Source: Eledone cirrhosa (taxonomy: Eukaryota). From it: a stretch of 64,000 nt of DNA. Where the stretch lies: the NCBI GenBank assembly GCA_964016885.1, contig OZ024741.1:171554001-171618000 (forward strand), written 5' to 3'. Each line of letters starts with the position of its first letter. The first letter of the stretch is position 1. The translations under genes and the position numbers were made by a program. A model generated the notes under the pieces. The model did not search any database, was not told the origin of the DNA, and saw only the letters and a list, made by a program, of their open reading frames with translations. Shown piece after piece: positions 1-12,900 of this stretch.

Positions 1-97
1 CAGTAGTATGTATATATATATGCATACATGCACACATATATATATGTACGAATGAATCTACCGAACATTTATTATAATGCTCGGTGTGTTTGTAAAC

Positions 98-154
98 AAA
101 GGAACGATGTACTAGTTTCAAGCTTATTAGCTATCGTCAGCACAGTATACCTTC
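98..154 (-). ncRNA. Type I hammerhead ribozyme motif (mirror copy, one stem I mismatch)
   Basis: Reverse complement reads actgtg-CTGACGA-tagctaataagctt-GAAA-ctagta-catcgt. Confidence 0.7.
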
Positions 155-211
155 ATGCCGTTGATATGCATAAGGAAAGTATATACTTTCAGACGTTCAA
201 TCATCTTGCAG

Positions 212-268
212 GAAGGTATACGGTGCTGACGATAGCTAATAAGCTTGAAACTAGTACATCGTTCCTTT
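212..268 (+). ncRNA. Type I hammerhead ribozyme motif
   Basis: acggtg-CTGACGA(226-232)-T-agct-aata-agct-T-GAAA(247-250)-CTAG-TA-catcgt; stem I extends as gaagg/ccttt. Confidence 0.8.
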
Positions 269-569
269 GTCAGTGTTGAACAAAAGAGCAACGATGGTTG
301 CTAAACACTGTACGGCTTAATTCGGGATGTTTGTTTATAAACACACCGAGCATTATAATAAATGTTCGGTGAATCCATACGTACATATATATATGTGTGC
401 ATGTATGTATATATATACATACTACTGTACGTCTGTATACATATATGTATGTACGTGTACATACTTATATTTAAGTAACAGCCGTACTAAGAGTGGGAAA
501 TGAAATTTTGTTTCATTTTTTCCGTCTCTATATATATATAAATAAATATATATATATATATATGTATAT

Positions 570-628
570 ACAGGAACAAGTAGGACCCCGACGGCCGAGC
601 TCAAGCCGCCTCGACGGCTAATTCTGGA

Positions 629-632
<4 letters not shown>
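570..632 (-). repeat. Fragment of short Penelope-like fold-back family 2
   Basis: ggaacaagtaggaccccgacggccgagc matches copies at 4661 and 42793; flanked by (TA)n. Confidence 0.6.
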
Positions 633-664
<32 letters not shown>

Positions 665-1032
665 CAGTGTAGTGGCAACAGTATTAGTAGGAATAGTAAG
701 ACTGTAAAAGTGTCATGGTTAAGAATTGATGTTTAGGACTAATGTGAACTTTGACATGAGTTGGTGCTGTATGCTGATATGAAATCAACAAATAAGATAA
801 CAGTTGCCAAATAGAGTCAAGTCTTGGCAGTTTCTTCTTATCAGATGAAAATGAATTGGTTTCGCTGGTCAATACACATATACTTACATATTCACTAAAT
901 TCATTTACTAATTCTCACCTGACCGCATCCTAGTACATGGCTCACACAAACCATTAATCCATACCAACATGTCTTACTGATCACCAAACAACAGAACATG
1001 GTTTCCTGTAAAAATATACATATATATATATA

Positions 1033-3638
1033 CATCATCATCATCATCATCATCATCGTTTAACGTCCATGTTCCACGCTTGCATGGGTTTGGACGGGAA
1101 TTTTCCCACTTGAGGCAAGAGCGGTTGTCTTGCTCGCATAGGACTGTCTGGCGGGTTTTCTACAGTTGGATGCCCTTCCTAACACCAACCACATTTACAG
1201 TGTGGGGCTGGGAGGTTTTTACCGTGTTGCCTACACGGCCACATTACAGCGTGGACTGTCTGGCGGGTTTTCTACAGCTGGATGCCCTTCCTAACACCAA
1301 CCACATTTACAGTGTGGGACTGGGAGGTTTTTACCGTGTTACCTACACGGTCACATTACAGCGTGGACTGTGTGTTTTTTTTGTCGTGACACCTACACGA
1401 CCTCATTTGTTTCGGCCTGGATTTTGTGGCACCAACATAACTTTACATTGAAAGGGGCGGTGTGGATGGGGGTGTATTTTGTTAGAGATGCCTACTGACT
1501 ATAGTAGGTTTTACTTTGTATTTAGGTAAGGCGAGTCTTCTCTATTACTGGTACCGCCAAAGGTCTCGGTCCAGTGACATTGTCTTGGAGAGGTGTAAGT
1601 GTGTGAGGTCGGAATTTATCAGCTCGTCCCAGGTTTTTCTGGCTCTGCCTACTCCGTGGCTACTGTCTATCTTTATTGCCCTGCACTTTGCTATACAGCT
1701 GTCGTCTTTCATGCGCATCACGTGACCATACCAACGTAGCCTTCTCTCGAGTAAACAACATCTGATCCCTCTTATTTCTAATTTTTTCCTTAGTTCGTTT
1801 ATGCTTTGCCGTTCGCGTATATTACTATTACACATCCAACGGAGCATGCAAGCTTCGTTCCTCTCTAGTCTGCGTATATCCTCTGCACACAATGCCCAGG
1901 TCTCACTGCCATGCAACATTGCTGTTCGTATGCAGGCATCATACAACCTGCCTTTCATTTTTAGGGAGAACCCTTTAGCGGCTAATAGTGGTATAAGCTC
2001 TCTGAACTTTTTCCATCCAGTTCTGACTCTAGCTACTGTACTTTCAGAGCACCCTCCCCCACTGCTGATTTTGTCACCCAGGTAACGGAAGCTGTCCACT
2101 ATTTCTATAGAACCCTCTGCGCAGTTGAAAGAGCTAGTATTTTGTGGGCACTTGCTGCTACTTTTTGCACCAGAGCACCGGCCACATGTAAAATCTGTGT
2201 TCTTAGTTAGCTTACCTGTGATCCCACTACATCTTTTATGCACCCATACTTTGCATTTGGGACATAAAATGGAGTTTCTACCTACGCCTTTCCTACACAC
2301 TGAGCATGGCCATTTCCCGGAAGGGACCGGCGCCTTATTTTCTTTCCTACAAACTAGAACTTTAGTCTTAGCCAGGTTAATTTTAAGGCCTTTTGATTCT
2401 AGGCCGTGCTTCCATGTTTGGAATTTCTTCTCTAGCTCGGCCATTGATTCAGCTATGAGCGTTAGGTCATCTGCGTATAGGAGTTCCCATGGGCAGCCTG
2501 TCTTGAACTCCTCTGTTATAGCCTGAAGAGCAATAATAAATAGTAGGAGGCTAAGAACAGAGCCCTGATGGACACCAGCTTTTACACTAAACTCTTCACT
2601 ATATTCGTTGTTAATTCTAACCTTGCTCACTGTTTCTTTATACATGGCTTGTATAGCTCTCACAAGCCATTCGTCAACACCTAGTTTTCTAAGAGCCCAC
2701 CAGATAATGGAACGGGGGACTCTGTCGAAGGCTTTCTCCAAGTCGACAAAGGCTAAGTATAGGGGTTTACTTTTAGCTAGGTACTTCTCCTGTAGTTGTC
2801 GTACAATGAAAAGAGCGTCTGTGGTACTTTTGCCTGACACAAACCCGAACTGCATTTCATCTAGATCGATTCTCTCTCTGATTAGTTGCACTATTACTTT
2901 TTCCGTGACCTTCATGACCTGGTCGATTAATTTAATGCCTCTATAGTTACTCCTATCTATGGCGTCTCCTTTACCCTTGTAACAGATAATGATAATGCTG
3001 CTACGCCAGTCCTTCGGAACAACCCCATTCTGTATGACTTGGTTTACTATCCGGGTGACCATGGTGTGTCCCACCGTTCCAGAGGCTTTCAGCATCTCAG
3101 CAACTATTTCCGAAGGCCCAGCCGCCTTACCCGTCTTCATATCTTTGATTGCCTAACTTATTATACTACCTTCAACTAACACTGCTGGTCCCTCTATTGG
3201 ATCGATCTGGGGGAGACTATCCTTCTCCCATTTATTCTCCTCATTTAGTAGCCTCTCATAGTGACACTTCCAAGCGACCTTCTTATCAGCGTCAGTGATG
3301 GCGAGTACGCCATCATCATTTAGTACACACTTCTCCCTAACAATATCACGGTTTTCCTTGACACATTGCCTAGCAATCCTGAACACCTCACGTTTTTGGT
3401 CCTCGAGTTGTAGAACATGCTTGAACTTTCTTTCCTCTGCTTCCCTTCTTGCGAAGTACACTTGTCTCCTAGCTTGCCTCCTGGCCACTTGATAGTCTTC
3501 TCTACTTCCCCCATCCCGCCATACTTTCCAAGCCTGCTTTTTGGCCTTAACCGACTCCTCCACCTTACTGTTCCACCACCATGTTACTCTCCTCCTGCCT
3601 ATAGGCCTGATCCGGCCACAGACTTCGTCCTCGCTCAT
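1033..3638 (-). mobile_element. RTE-clade LINE, 5'-truncated (copy A, subfamily 1)
   Basis: RT ORF on the minus strand; 3' UTR with a 112-bp internal duplication (1141/1253/1365); (GAT)n tail next to (TA)n. Confidence 0.95.
1495..3638 (-). pseudogene. RTE reverse transcriptase ORF with embedded PHD finger, interrupted by in-frame stops
   Basis: ORFs 3153-3638 and 1545-3140 are in the same frame. Motifs KAAGP, NYRGIKL, QFGF, FVDLEKAFDRV, GVHQGS, YADD, FRYLG, RRLRWYGHV. C4HC3 finger at ~2174-2312. Confidence 0.93.
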
Positions 3639-4120
3639 ATAGGACTATCTGGCAGGTTTTCTACGGCTGGATGCCCTTCCTAACACCAACCACATTTACA
3701 GTGTGGACTGGGAGCTTTTTACCGTGTTGCCTACACGGCCACATACAGCGTCGACTGTGTGTTTACAGAGAAAGGGTGGTGTTGGTGGGAGTGGGAGGAT
3801 GGAGTAGGGGTAGTGGATTGGGGTGTATATTTGGTTAAGAGATATCTACTGACTGTAGGTTTCACTTTGTACATAGGAAAGGCGGGTCTTCTGTATTACT
3901 GCGTGGCGCCAAAGATCTCGGTCCGGTGATATTGTCTTAGAGAGGTGCAAGTATGTAAGGTTGGAATTTATCAAATCATCCCAGGTTTTTCTGGGTCTAC
4001 CTACTCCGTAACTTCCATCAATTTTGATCGCCCTGCACTTTTTTATACAGCTGTCGTCTTTCATGCGCATCACGTGACCATATCAACGTAGTCTTCTCTC
4101 AAGTAAACAGCATCTGATCC
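3639..4120 (-). mobile_element. RTE 3' fragment (copy B) fused to the 5' end of copy A, tail missing
   Basis: ORF 3846-4073 matches the RTE C-terminus; UTR matches copy A; (TA)n follows 4120. Confidence 0.9.
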
Positions 4121-4122
4121 TA

Positions 4123-4158
<36 letters not shown>

Positions 4159-4660
4159 GGGGGGGGGATGTATCCAGTTTAGAATAGGTACTCGGGGTGC
4201 CTGTGTTGTAAGAATTGACTAAATGGGTTGGTGCTAGGTTGGGCATCTATCTGTAAAACATCACTGCAAAAATTCCTGGCCAACCCATACCACCATGAAG
4301 AAATTGATGTAAAAACGATGATGATGATGCTCATGATGATGATGATATAGATATAGATATATTATATTAGCGTGGCAAACCAATAAATAGGCCAAGCCAC
4401 AAGTCAATTAAATCACCAATAAATTTAACACTTCTGTTGGCCAAAGTAGAATAATTAGATGTTTGCTTATGAACTGGCTCACCTCAGAAGCTTTAACTGA
4501 ATGATTTATATAGTATATTGCATAAACAATGACTTACCATACTGTTAATTTACTGATTACTAGATTTGTACTGCAGCTATTTCTGTTGCACTACAGAAAC
4601 ACACACACATATATATATATATAAAGTTTTCAGCTGACCCTCATATAAATATATATATAT

Positions 4661-4804
4661 ATAGGAACGAGCAGGACCCCGACGGCTGAGCCCAAGCCGT
4701 TAGCCGTCGGGGCCCTACTCGTTCCTATTACCCACTCTACTACCCTAAGTATTGAGTACTTTGGTGCGTTATGGTCCATCTGGTTCCTTACCACATTTCC
4801 TTCG

Positions 4805-4805
<1 letters not shown>
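4661..4805 (+). mobile_element. Short Penelope-like fold-back element, family 2
   Basis: Inverted arms ataggaacgagcaggaccccgacggct / agccgtcggggccctactcgttcctat, then a 3' segment nearly identical to 42903-42982; sits in (TA)n. Confidence 0.6.
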
Positions 4806-4870
<65 letters not shown>

Positions 4871-4970
4871 GAGGGTCAGCTGAAAACTTCATAGGCAGAT
4901 CAAGATACTCTTATGGAAATACCAAATGAGGTTTATTTAAATAAATAGTCCCTGGAAAGAAACAATGCAG

Positions 4971-5100
<130 letters not shown>

Positions 5101-5267
5101 ACCAGTTTTAAACTAGTAAGACCATTATACTGTAGACCATTATACACTACTCGATAGTAGAGTGTGACTATACTAGAGAGAGAGTTGGGGCCGGACGGCT
5201 GAGCTCTTGCCATTTCAACAGCTAGTTCCAGATGTGTGTATTCAGTCAGCCTTATATATATATATAT

Positions 5268-5478
5268 ACGTTATTCCGGGTTGAATCGGAGGTAACCACA
5301 GTAAGTAAGATACTCAATACATTGCAGAGTATAAAAGTGTTTATATAGATGAGATTCTACTGGACTAGAACTGTTTCATTCTTTAGAAATCATCAGGAAT
5401 GATGATTTCTGATGATTTCTGATGATTTCTAAAGAATGAAACAGTTCTAGTCCTGTAGAATCTCATCTATATAAAAAC
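5268..5478. mobile_element. Penelope-like fold-back element, family 1, with HHR-like cores
   Basis: Palindrome 5341-5474 with CTGATGA-tttctaaagaat-GAAAC on both strands; homologous to 20785-21065 and 53282-53466. Confidence 0.6.
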
Positions 5479-5998
5479 TATATATATATATATTCATTCA
5501 GGTTTGAGGTTCACCACTGGATACAGCTTGGTCAATTCTGTATGGTCTATAACATACTGACCGCCCACTATATTTACCTCTGCTAAGATACGGGTCCCTT
5601 TGAAAATATCTTTTTCGCGTCATGCTTTCTATCTATCCTTCTTGTAGCCATCAACCCTGACTTTTCTTCTTCCTTTTCTTCCTTCTCTTCTCCCTTCTTT
5701 CTGTCTTTCTTCTTATAGCTGACATTAACCCTGACTTCTCTTCTTCTTCCTTTTCTTCCTTCCCCCTTCTTCTCTCTTCTTTCTTTCTTTTTTCTTGTGG
5801 CATGATATTAACGCTGACTTATGTTCCTATTCCTTTCTGTTTTTCATTTATTTGACCGGTAGTAGCACACTGTAAGCTTTAGCCACGTCACTCGAGGGCG
5901 ACCGGCAAAGGTGGAAGATGCTGGATGGCGGTCGTCCTCGGGTCTTTGATTTTCAGCCCCATGAATTTTATCTATTACATTCACTTATTATATTTCGA

Positions 5999-6056
5999 AT
6001 ACCTGATGATATCACCGGATTCATACGGAACCCGGTCATTGAAATGATCATAGTAT
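5999..6056 (+). ncRNA. Type I hammerhead ribozyme motif (Penelope pseudo-LTR type)
   Basis: atac-CTGATGA(6003-6009)-T-atcaccgg..ccggtcat-T-GAAA-TGATCAT-A-gtat. Stem I atac/gtat; palindromic stem III ATGATCAT; AATAAA immediately downstream. Confidence 0.75.
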
Positions 6057-6245
6057 AATAAACCTTTCAAGGATTTACACAAGTCCAGCCTCCTGTCACT
6101 TCATTATAATATATATATATATATATATATATTTCATTCAAAATATTAAATACTCCAGGAAAATCTTTTGTCGAGTGCTTCTAATCTATTGTAAAATTGT
6201 ATTCGTTGAATAATCAACGAACCATATTAATCTTTGGTTATATAT

Positions 6246-6724
6246 ACTAGCAGAAAAACCACCCCTGGGCGGTTTTCTGCTAGCATGTGTAGTGTGTATA
6301 TTGATATTATACGCAAGTATATATACATGTAGATATGATACATCAAATAAAATCGTAATTGACAATATACACAGAAATTGAAGAGAGACTGTGTTACACT
6401 GTCTTATGTAATCAGTAAAGTAATCCATGATACATTAAAAAAAAAGACGATATTATATATAAACTGCATTAGGAGAAAATTAGTGACAGAAAATTAATAT
6501 GTTTATTTAAGTGTTTCGCAACCGGAAGTGTTGACATTTGAAAATTTTAAAGAAGTGAATTTTTAAATAAATAATAAAATATATTTAATGAACAGCCACG
6601 AAATTTAGTAGATAAATTATGTAATATTCATTCATTATTTATTCAAAGTAATCCAACTTATTTTACTAATGGGATCAAAAATTATAAACCGTACACAATC
6701 CCGCGCTTCCTACTTTATTATAGT
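6246..6724 (+). mobile_element. Non-autonomous Helentron/DINE-1-like element (probable)
   Basis: Starts actagcagaaaaacc with a short hairpin, ends ctttattatatag, in TA context; same layout as 52278-53283. Confidence 0.45.
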
Positions 6725-7004
6725 TTATATATATATATATATATATATAAATTAAAAGTATAGAAATTATTATGAGCAAGAAGCACACAGTATTTCATAA
6801 TATATAAGTGACTATAGCGTCAAAATGGGAAAATAGTTAACGTAAGATGTGGGAAAAATAATTCAAATTCAATTAAACAAGAATCAGGACATAGATTCAT
6901 CCAACAGAATTTAGTGAAATTCAGGGAAAAATCAATAGAGCCTTAACTCATGATAAAACAAAGTTTAAAATACTCATCCTTCAATTTGGAGAAACTACAA
7001 ATGC

Positions 7005-7042
<38 letters not shown>

Positions 7043-7322
7043 CATATGGCTGACTGAACACACACATTCTTTTTCCCACCCTAATTTTCTTTTTCTGATT
7101 CTTCCCCTACTCACTCTCTAATTCTTTTATTTCTCATTCTATTTTCTGAAGAAAGACTAGTCTCTAAAACGTTAAGACTCTTTTCCTACAATTTTAAGCA
7201 TGGCACTAATATATTTCTTTATTGTTCTTTATTTGCTTTGCATATACACTCACACATGCACACATATATATATATATATATACTTTTTTTACCATGGGAC
7301 CATGCTGGGGTACTGCCATTCG

Positions 7323-7392
<70 letters not shown>

Positions 7393-8050
7393 TTGCAAAA
7401 AGGTAGAATTGTCACAAGTCAGGTAGAATTGTTCATAAGTCAGTCTCACCAAGGGTAACTTGGGATAAACAACTACTCATATATTTACATGCAATATTTA
7501 GGTCCTGGGTGTGATCCTTTTGTGAGCCACGTTTAGCAGATGTCATTCACCATAGCCCAAGGTCATCCAATAGAAAGGGAGTGCAATTGTTTGGAAGTGC
7601 ATCATATGGATTGTACATGAAATTCATAGGTCCAGCTTTGTCATACACTGTCAAAGGGAATCTCCCTGGAACTGTGTTTAACTGTACATGTTTTCATGTA
7701 ATGTTCAGCCACTTACAAATTAATTTCATTAACGAGCTCTTCCATTGATCAAACAACTGGAAATCGATAGAGGACCTTTCCCCACATGCACACTCACATA
7801 CTAGTTCCCCCCCCCCCTCTCTCTCGTTTGCTTTGAACTTGCCAAAACCATATTTTTGTTTTTTCACTTCAAGCTAAACATAACCCACATCAATCAGCTC
7901 AAGGAGCATTGTACAGTCCCCCACCCCACCTCTGATTAAATCATTAACAACAACAATAAAATATTTTCAGGTTTTATGATTCAGATTTTTTATGGGACCA
8001 TCTATTTATCTATTGGATTTATGTGTACATCAAAACAGGTTTTAATTATT

Positions 8051-8572
8051 TACTCTCGGGTCCCCCAAAATAGGGGGCATTGAAATAAGTGGTGAGAGGG
8101 ATATTTGCTTAAATAATTTTAAGTAGGTGGGGTTGGAATAAACGGAGGGGTTGGGAAATCAGTTACTGAGTACATTCGTATATATGAGATTTTTTGTAAT
8201 GTTTTTTTTGGGGGGGTCCTTTATAATGTTTTTTAATGTAAAATAAAATCATTGGCAGTATCGGTAGAGGGTCAGACGCCATGCTTTGCAGCACAGTTAC
8301 GTCCCTTGATGAACTGAGTTCAAATCCCGCCGAGGTTAACTTTGCCTTTCATCCTTACAGGGTCGATAAAATAAAGTACCAGTAATGTACTGGATAATTG
8401 CTGGCCTTGTGCCAAAAAGTAGAAATAATTAATATATTCTCCAACTGCTGTATTTATATGAATAACTTACAATAACATTTCACCAGAGATGGATTAGCAA
8501 AATTTAATAAGTGATGGAGGGGCTGGAACAAATCTAAAAAATTAATAAGCAATTATTTAACACCTGAGAATA
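8051..8572. mobile_element. Tc1/mariner-pogo-like MITE with nested SINE
   Basis: Terminus tactctcgggtccc is also seen reversed at ~15750-15767; degenerate opposite end at ~8553-8572. Confidence 0.4.
8251..8430 (+). mobile_element. tRNA-derived SINE, family S1
   Basis: A-box-like tggcagtatcggtag, B-box gagttcaaatcc, central gcctttcatcc..gggtcgataaaataaagtaccag; many copies in the window. Confidence 0.85.
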
Positions 8573-8944
8573 TCTAATTATTTATTTAGTAATCTTGATG
8601 AGATGGAAATCATAGGCTGTTGATTTACTATTATTGTTTTTTCATAATTTAAGCAGGGGTTCCCTTGAGGACACAACTGACAGGTAGTGGGGATGGGGCA
8701 ACAAAGTACGTTGTGCTACATTGTTCTATTTCTTTATCTCTTAAGTTCAAATATTGTCTGAATCCACTTTGCCTTTTCCCTCTTCTAAGTTTGGTGTTGT
8801 TGTTGTTGTTGTGCTAAAGTTAGCACCAATCAAAAGTGCTCCTTCAGATAAGATGTATCAAATATTATATTAACCCAAGGTATCTTTTTATAAAATGATA
8901 GGGAATGGCATAAGAGAGATTAGGTAGCTATTTTGAACATGATC

Positions 8945-9027
<83 letters not shown>

Positions 9028-9174
9028 TATTGTTTTTCAAAGTTAATAAAATATTCATCAGTCTATAAAATAAGTTTTACGAATTTTCACAATTTTATAA
9101 ATAAAGACAAGTGCAAACAATGACATAGACATGCACTGGTTGGGACTCAATCCTGCACTTAGGGCTCTTACTAA

Positions 9175-9520
9175 ATAATTGTTTCTACTTTTGGCACAAG
9201 GTCAGCAATTACATTACTGGTGCTTTATTTTATTGACCCCGTAAGGCAAAGTTAACCTCGGCGGGATTTGAACTCAGAACGTAAAGAGCCATAACTCTAT
9301 GCTGCAAAGCATGGTGTCTGATGCTCTACCGAAACTGCCAATCCAGAATTAATAAATATTTCTACTTTTGGCACAAGTGCATTACTGGTCCTTTATTTTA
9401 TTGACCCTGTAAGGGTGAAAGGCAAAGTTAACATCGGTGGGATTTGAACTCAGAACGTAAAGGGCCATAATTCTATGCTGAAAAGCATGGTGTCTGACGC
9501 TCTACCGATGCTGCCAGTCC
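9175..9520 (-). mobile_element. Two tandem S1 SINEs
   Basis: Two reverse-complement copies (ggatttgaactc B-box). Confidence 0.85.
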
Positions 9521-9665
9521 ACCTGAGGTTTATTTTACAGCATAGAGCCTGGAAAGATACAATGCTATTATTAAGAAGAGTTGAAATTAATGCAAGATTT
9601 CATAACTCTGGCATCAATTATTCATATTTAGCATATACAACCTATGATTGTTTCAGCTGGCCCTC

Positions 9666-9708
<43 letters not shown>

Positions 9709-9944
9709 AGTATGCATGTATACGTACATACATATATGTATACAGACGTACAGTAGCATGCACATATATATATATATATACATATATACATACATATGCA
9801 TACAGGTACACATACATATAGGCACGTATCAGTTTAGCGGCGCTAACGTCGCTTTGTTCGTTTGTAAACAAACTGAACAGCCTGAATTTATGCCATACGG
9901 TGTTAAGGCAACCACGTCACCTTTTTGTTCAACACTGACACAGG

Positions 9945-9989
9945 AACGATGTACTAGTTTCAAGCTTGTTAGCTATCATCAGCACCGTT
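9945..9989 (-). ncRNA. Type I hammerhead ribozyme (first of 10 minus-strand copies, repeating every 466 bp up to 14139-14183)
   Basis: Reverse complement is aacggtg CTGATGA T agct aaca agct T GAAA CTAG TA catcgtt. Confidence 0.85.
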
Positions 9990-12900
9990 TACCCATCTGC
10001 CAGATAGTTGAACGTTCGAAAGTATATACTTTCCTTATGAAAATTAACGGCTGAGCAGCCTAATTTGCATATTGAGTGAGTTAAATCGGTCAGGCATACC
10101 GAAAACGATAAATTGAAACAAAATGAAAACGAAATTTCATTTCTCACTCTTAGTATGGCACTTACTTAAATGTAAGTATGCATGTATACGTACATACATA
10201 TATGTATACAGACGTACAGTAGCATGCACATATATATATATATATACATATATACATACATATGCATACAGGTACACATACATATATGCACGTATCAGTT
10301 TAGCGGCGCTAACGTCGCTTTGTTCGTTTGTAAACAAACTGAACAGCCTGAATTTATGCCATACGGTGTTAAGGCAACCACGTCACCTTTTTGTTCAACA
10401 CTGACACAGGAACGATGTACTAGTTTCAAGCTTGTTAGCTATCATCAGCACCGTTTACCCATCTGCCAGATAGTTGAACGTTCGAAAGTATATACTTTCC
10501 TTATGAAAATTAACGGCTGAGCAGCCTAATTTGCATATTGAGTGAGTTAAATCGGTCAGGCATACCGAAAACGATAAATTGAAACAAAATGAAAACGAAA
10601 TTTCATTTCTCACTCTTAGTATGGCACTTACTTAAATGTAAGTATGCATGTATACGTACATACATATATGTATACAGACGTACAGTAGCATGCACATATA
10701 TATATATATATACATATATACATACATATGCATACAGGTACACATACATATATGCACGTATCAGTTTAGCGGCGCTAACGTCGCTTTGTTCGTTTGTAAA
10801 CAAACTGAACAGCCTGAATTTATGCCATACGGTGTTAAGGCAACCACGTCACCTTTTTGTTCAACACTGACACAGGAACGATGTACTAGTTTCAAGCTTG
10901 TTAGCTATCATCAGCACCGTTTACCCATCTGCCAGATAGTTGAACGTTCGAAAGTATATACTTTCCTTATGAAAATTAACGGCTGAGCAGCCTAATTTGC
11001 ATATTGAGTGAGTTAAATCGGTCAGGCATACCGAAAACGATAAATTGAAACAAAATGAAAACGAAATTTCATTTCTCACTCTTAGTATGGCACTTACTTA
11101 AATGTAAGTATGCATGTATACGTACATACATATATGTATACAGACGTACAGTAGCATGCACATATATATATATATATACATATATACATACATATGCATA
11201 CAGGTACACATACATATATGCACGTATCAGTTTAGCGGCGCTAACGTCGCTTTGTTCGTTTGTAAACAAACTGAACAGCCTGAATTTATGCCATACGGTG
11301 TTAAGGCAACCACGTCACCTTTTTGTTCAACACTGACACAGGAACGATGTACTAGTTTCAAGCTTGTTAGCTATCATCAGCACCGTTTACCCATCTGCCA
11401 GATAGTTGAACGTTCGAAAGTATATACTTTCCTTATGAAAATTAACGGCTGAGCAGCCTAATTTGCATATTGAGTGAGTTAAATCGGTCAGGCATACCGA
11501 AAACGATAAATTGAAACAAAATGAAAACGAAATTTCATTTCTCACTCTTAGTATGGCACTTACTTAAATGTAAGTATGCATGTATACGTACATACATATA
11601 TGTATACAGACGTACAGTAGCATGCACATATATATATATATATACATATATACATACATATGCATACAGGTACACATACATATATGCACGTATCAGTTTA
11701 GCGGCGCTAACGTCGCTTTGTTCGTTTGTAAACAAACTGAACAGCCTGAATTTATGCCATACGGTGTTAAGGCAACCACGTCACCTTTTTGTTCAACACT
11801 GACACAGGAACGATGTACTAGTTTCAAGCTTGTTAGCTATCATCAGCACCGTTTACCCATCTGCCAGATAGTTGAACGTTCGAAAGTATATACTTTCCTT
11901 ATGAAAATTAACGGCTGGGCAGCCTAATTTGCATATTGAGTGAGTTAAATCGGTCAGGCATACCGAAAACGATAAATTGAAACAAAATGAAAACGAAATT
12001 TCATTTCTCACTCTTAGTATGGCACTTACTTAAATGTAAGTATGCATGTATACGTACATACATATATGTATACAGACGTACAGTAGCATGCACATATATA
12101 TATATATATACATATATACATACATATGCATACAGGTACACATACATATATGCACGTATCAGTTTAGCGGCGCTAACGTCGCTTTGTTCGTTTGTAAACA
12201 AACTGAACAGCCTGAATTTATGCCATACGGTGTTAAGGCAACCACGTCACCTTTTTGTTCAACACTGACACAGGAACGATGTACTAGTTTCAAGCTTGTT
12301 AGCTATCATCAGCACCGTTTACCCATCTGCCAGATAGTTGAACGTTCGAAAGTATATACTTTCCTTATGAAAATTAACGGCTGGGCAGCCTAATTTGCAT
12401 ATTGAGTGAGTTAAATCGGTCAGGCATACCGAAAACGATAAATTGAAACAAAATGAAAACGAAATTTCATTTCTCACTCTTAGTATGGCACTTACTTAAA
12501 TGTAAGTATGCATGTATACGTACATACATATATGTATACAGACGTACAGTAGCATGCACATATATATATATATATACATATATACATACATATGCATACA
12601 GGTACACATACATATATGCACGTATCAGTTTAGCGGCGCTAACGTCGCTTTGTTCGTTTGTAAACAAACTGAACAGCCTGAATTTATGCCATACGGTGTT
12701 AAGGCAACCACGTCACCTTTTTGTTCAACACTGACACAGGAACGATGTACTAGTTTCAAGCTTGTTAGCTATCATCAGCACCGTTTACCCATCTGCCAGA
12801 TAGTTGAACGTTCGAAAGTATATACTTTCCTTATGAAAATTAACGGCTGAGCAGCCTAATTTGCATATTGAGTGAGTTAAATCGGTCAGGCATACCGAAA

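Larger units (their letters stand above)
1..530. mobile_element. Diverged fold-back copy of the 466-bp hammerhead (retrozyme-like) repeat; runs off the left edge of the window
   Basis: Inverted arms (cagtagtatg at 1 / catactactg at ~418-427; 101-154 / 212-265). Aligns along its length with the reverse of the 466-bp unit. Ends in (TA)n. Confidence 0.85.

Noticed and set aside
1801-2946. Antisense ORFs over the RTE copies (also 49528-50643 and 57581-58540)
   Set aside because: Shadow frames of the RT coding strand.
4538-4590. Minus-strand exon candidates (also ~24049-24091)
   Set aside because: Good donors but poor polypyrimidine tracts and no recognisable peptide.
7141-7180. CTGAAGA-aagactagtctct-AAAAC hammerhead-like motif
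   Set aside because: The GAAA box is mutated. At most a dead relic.
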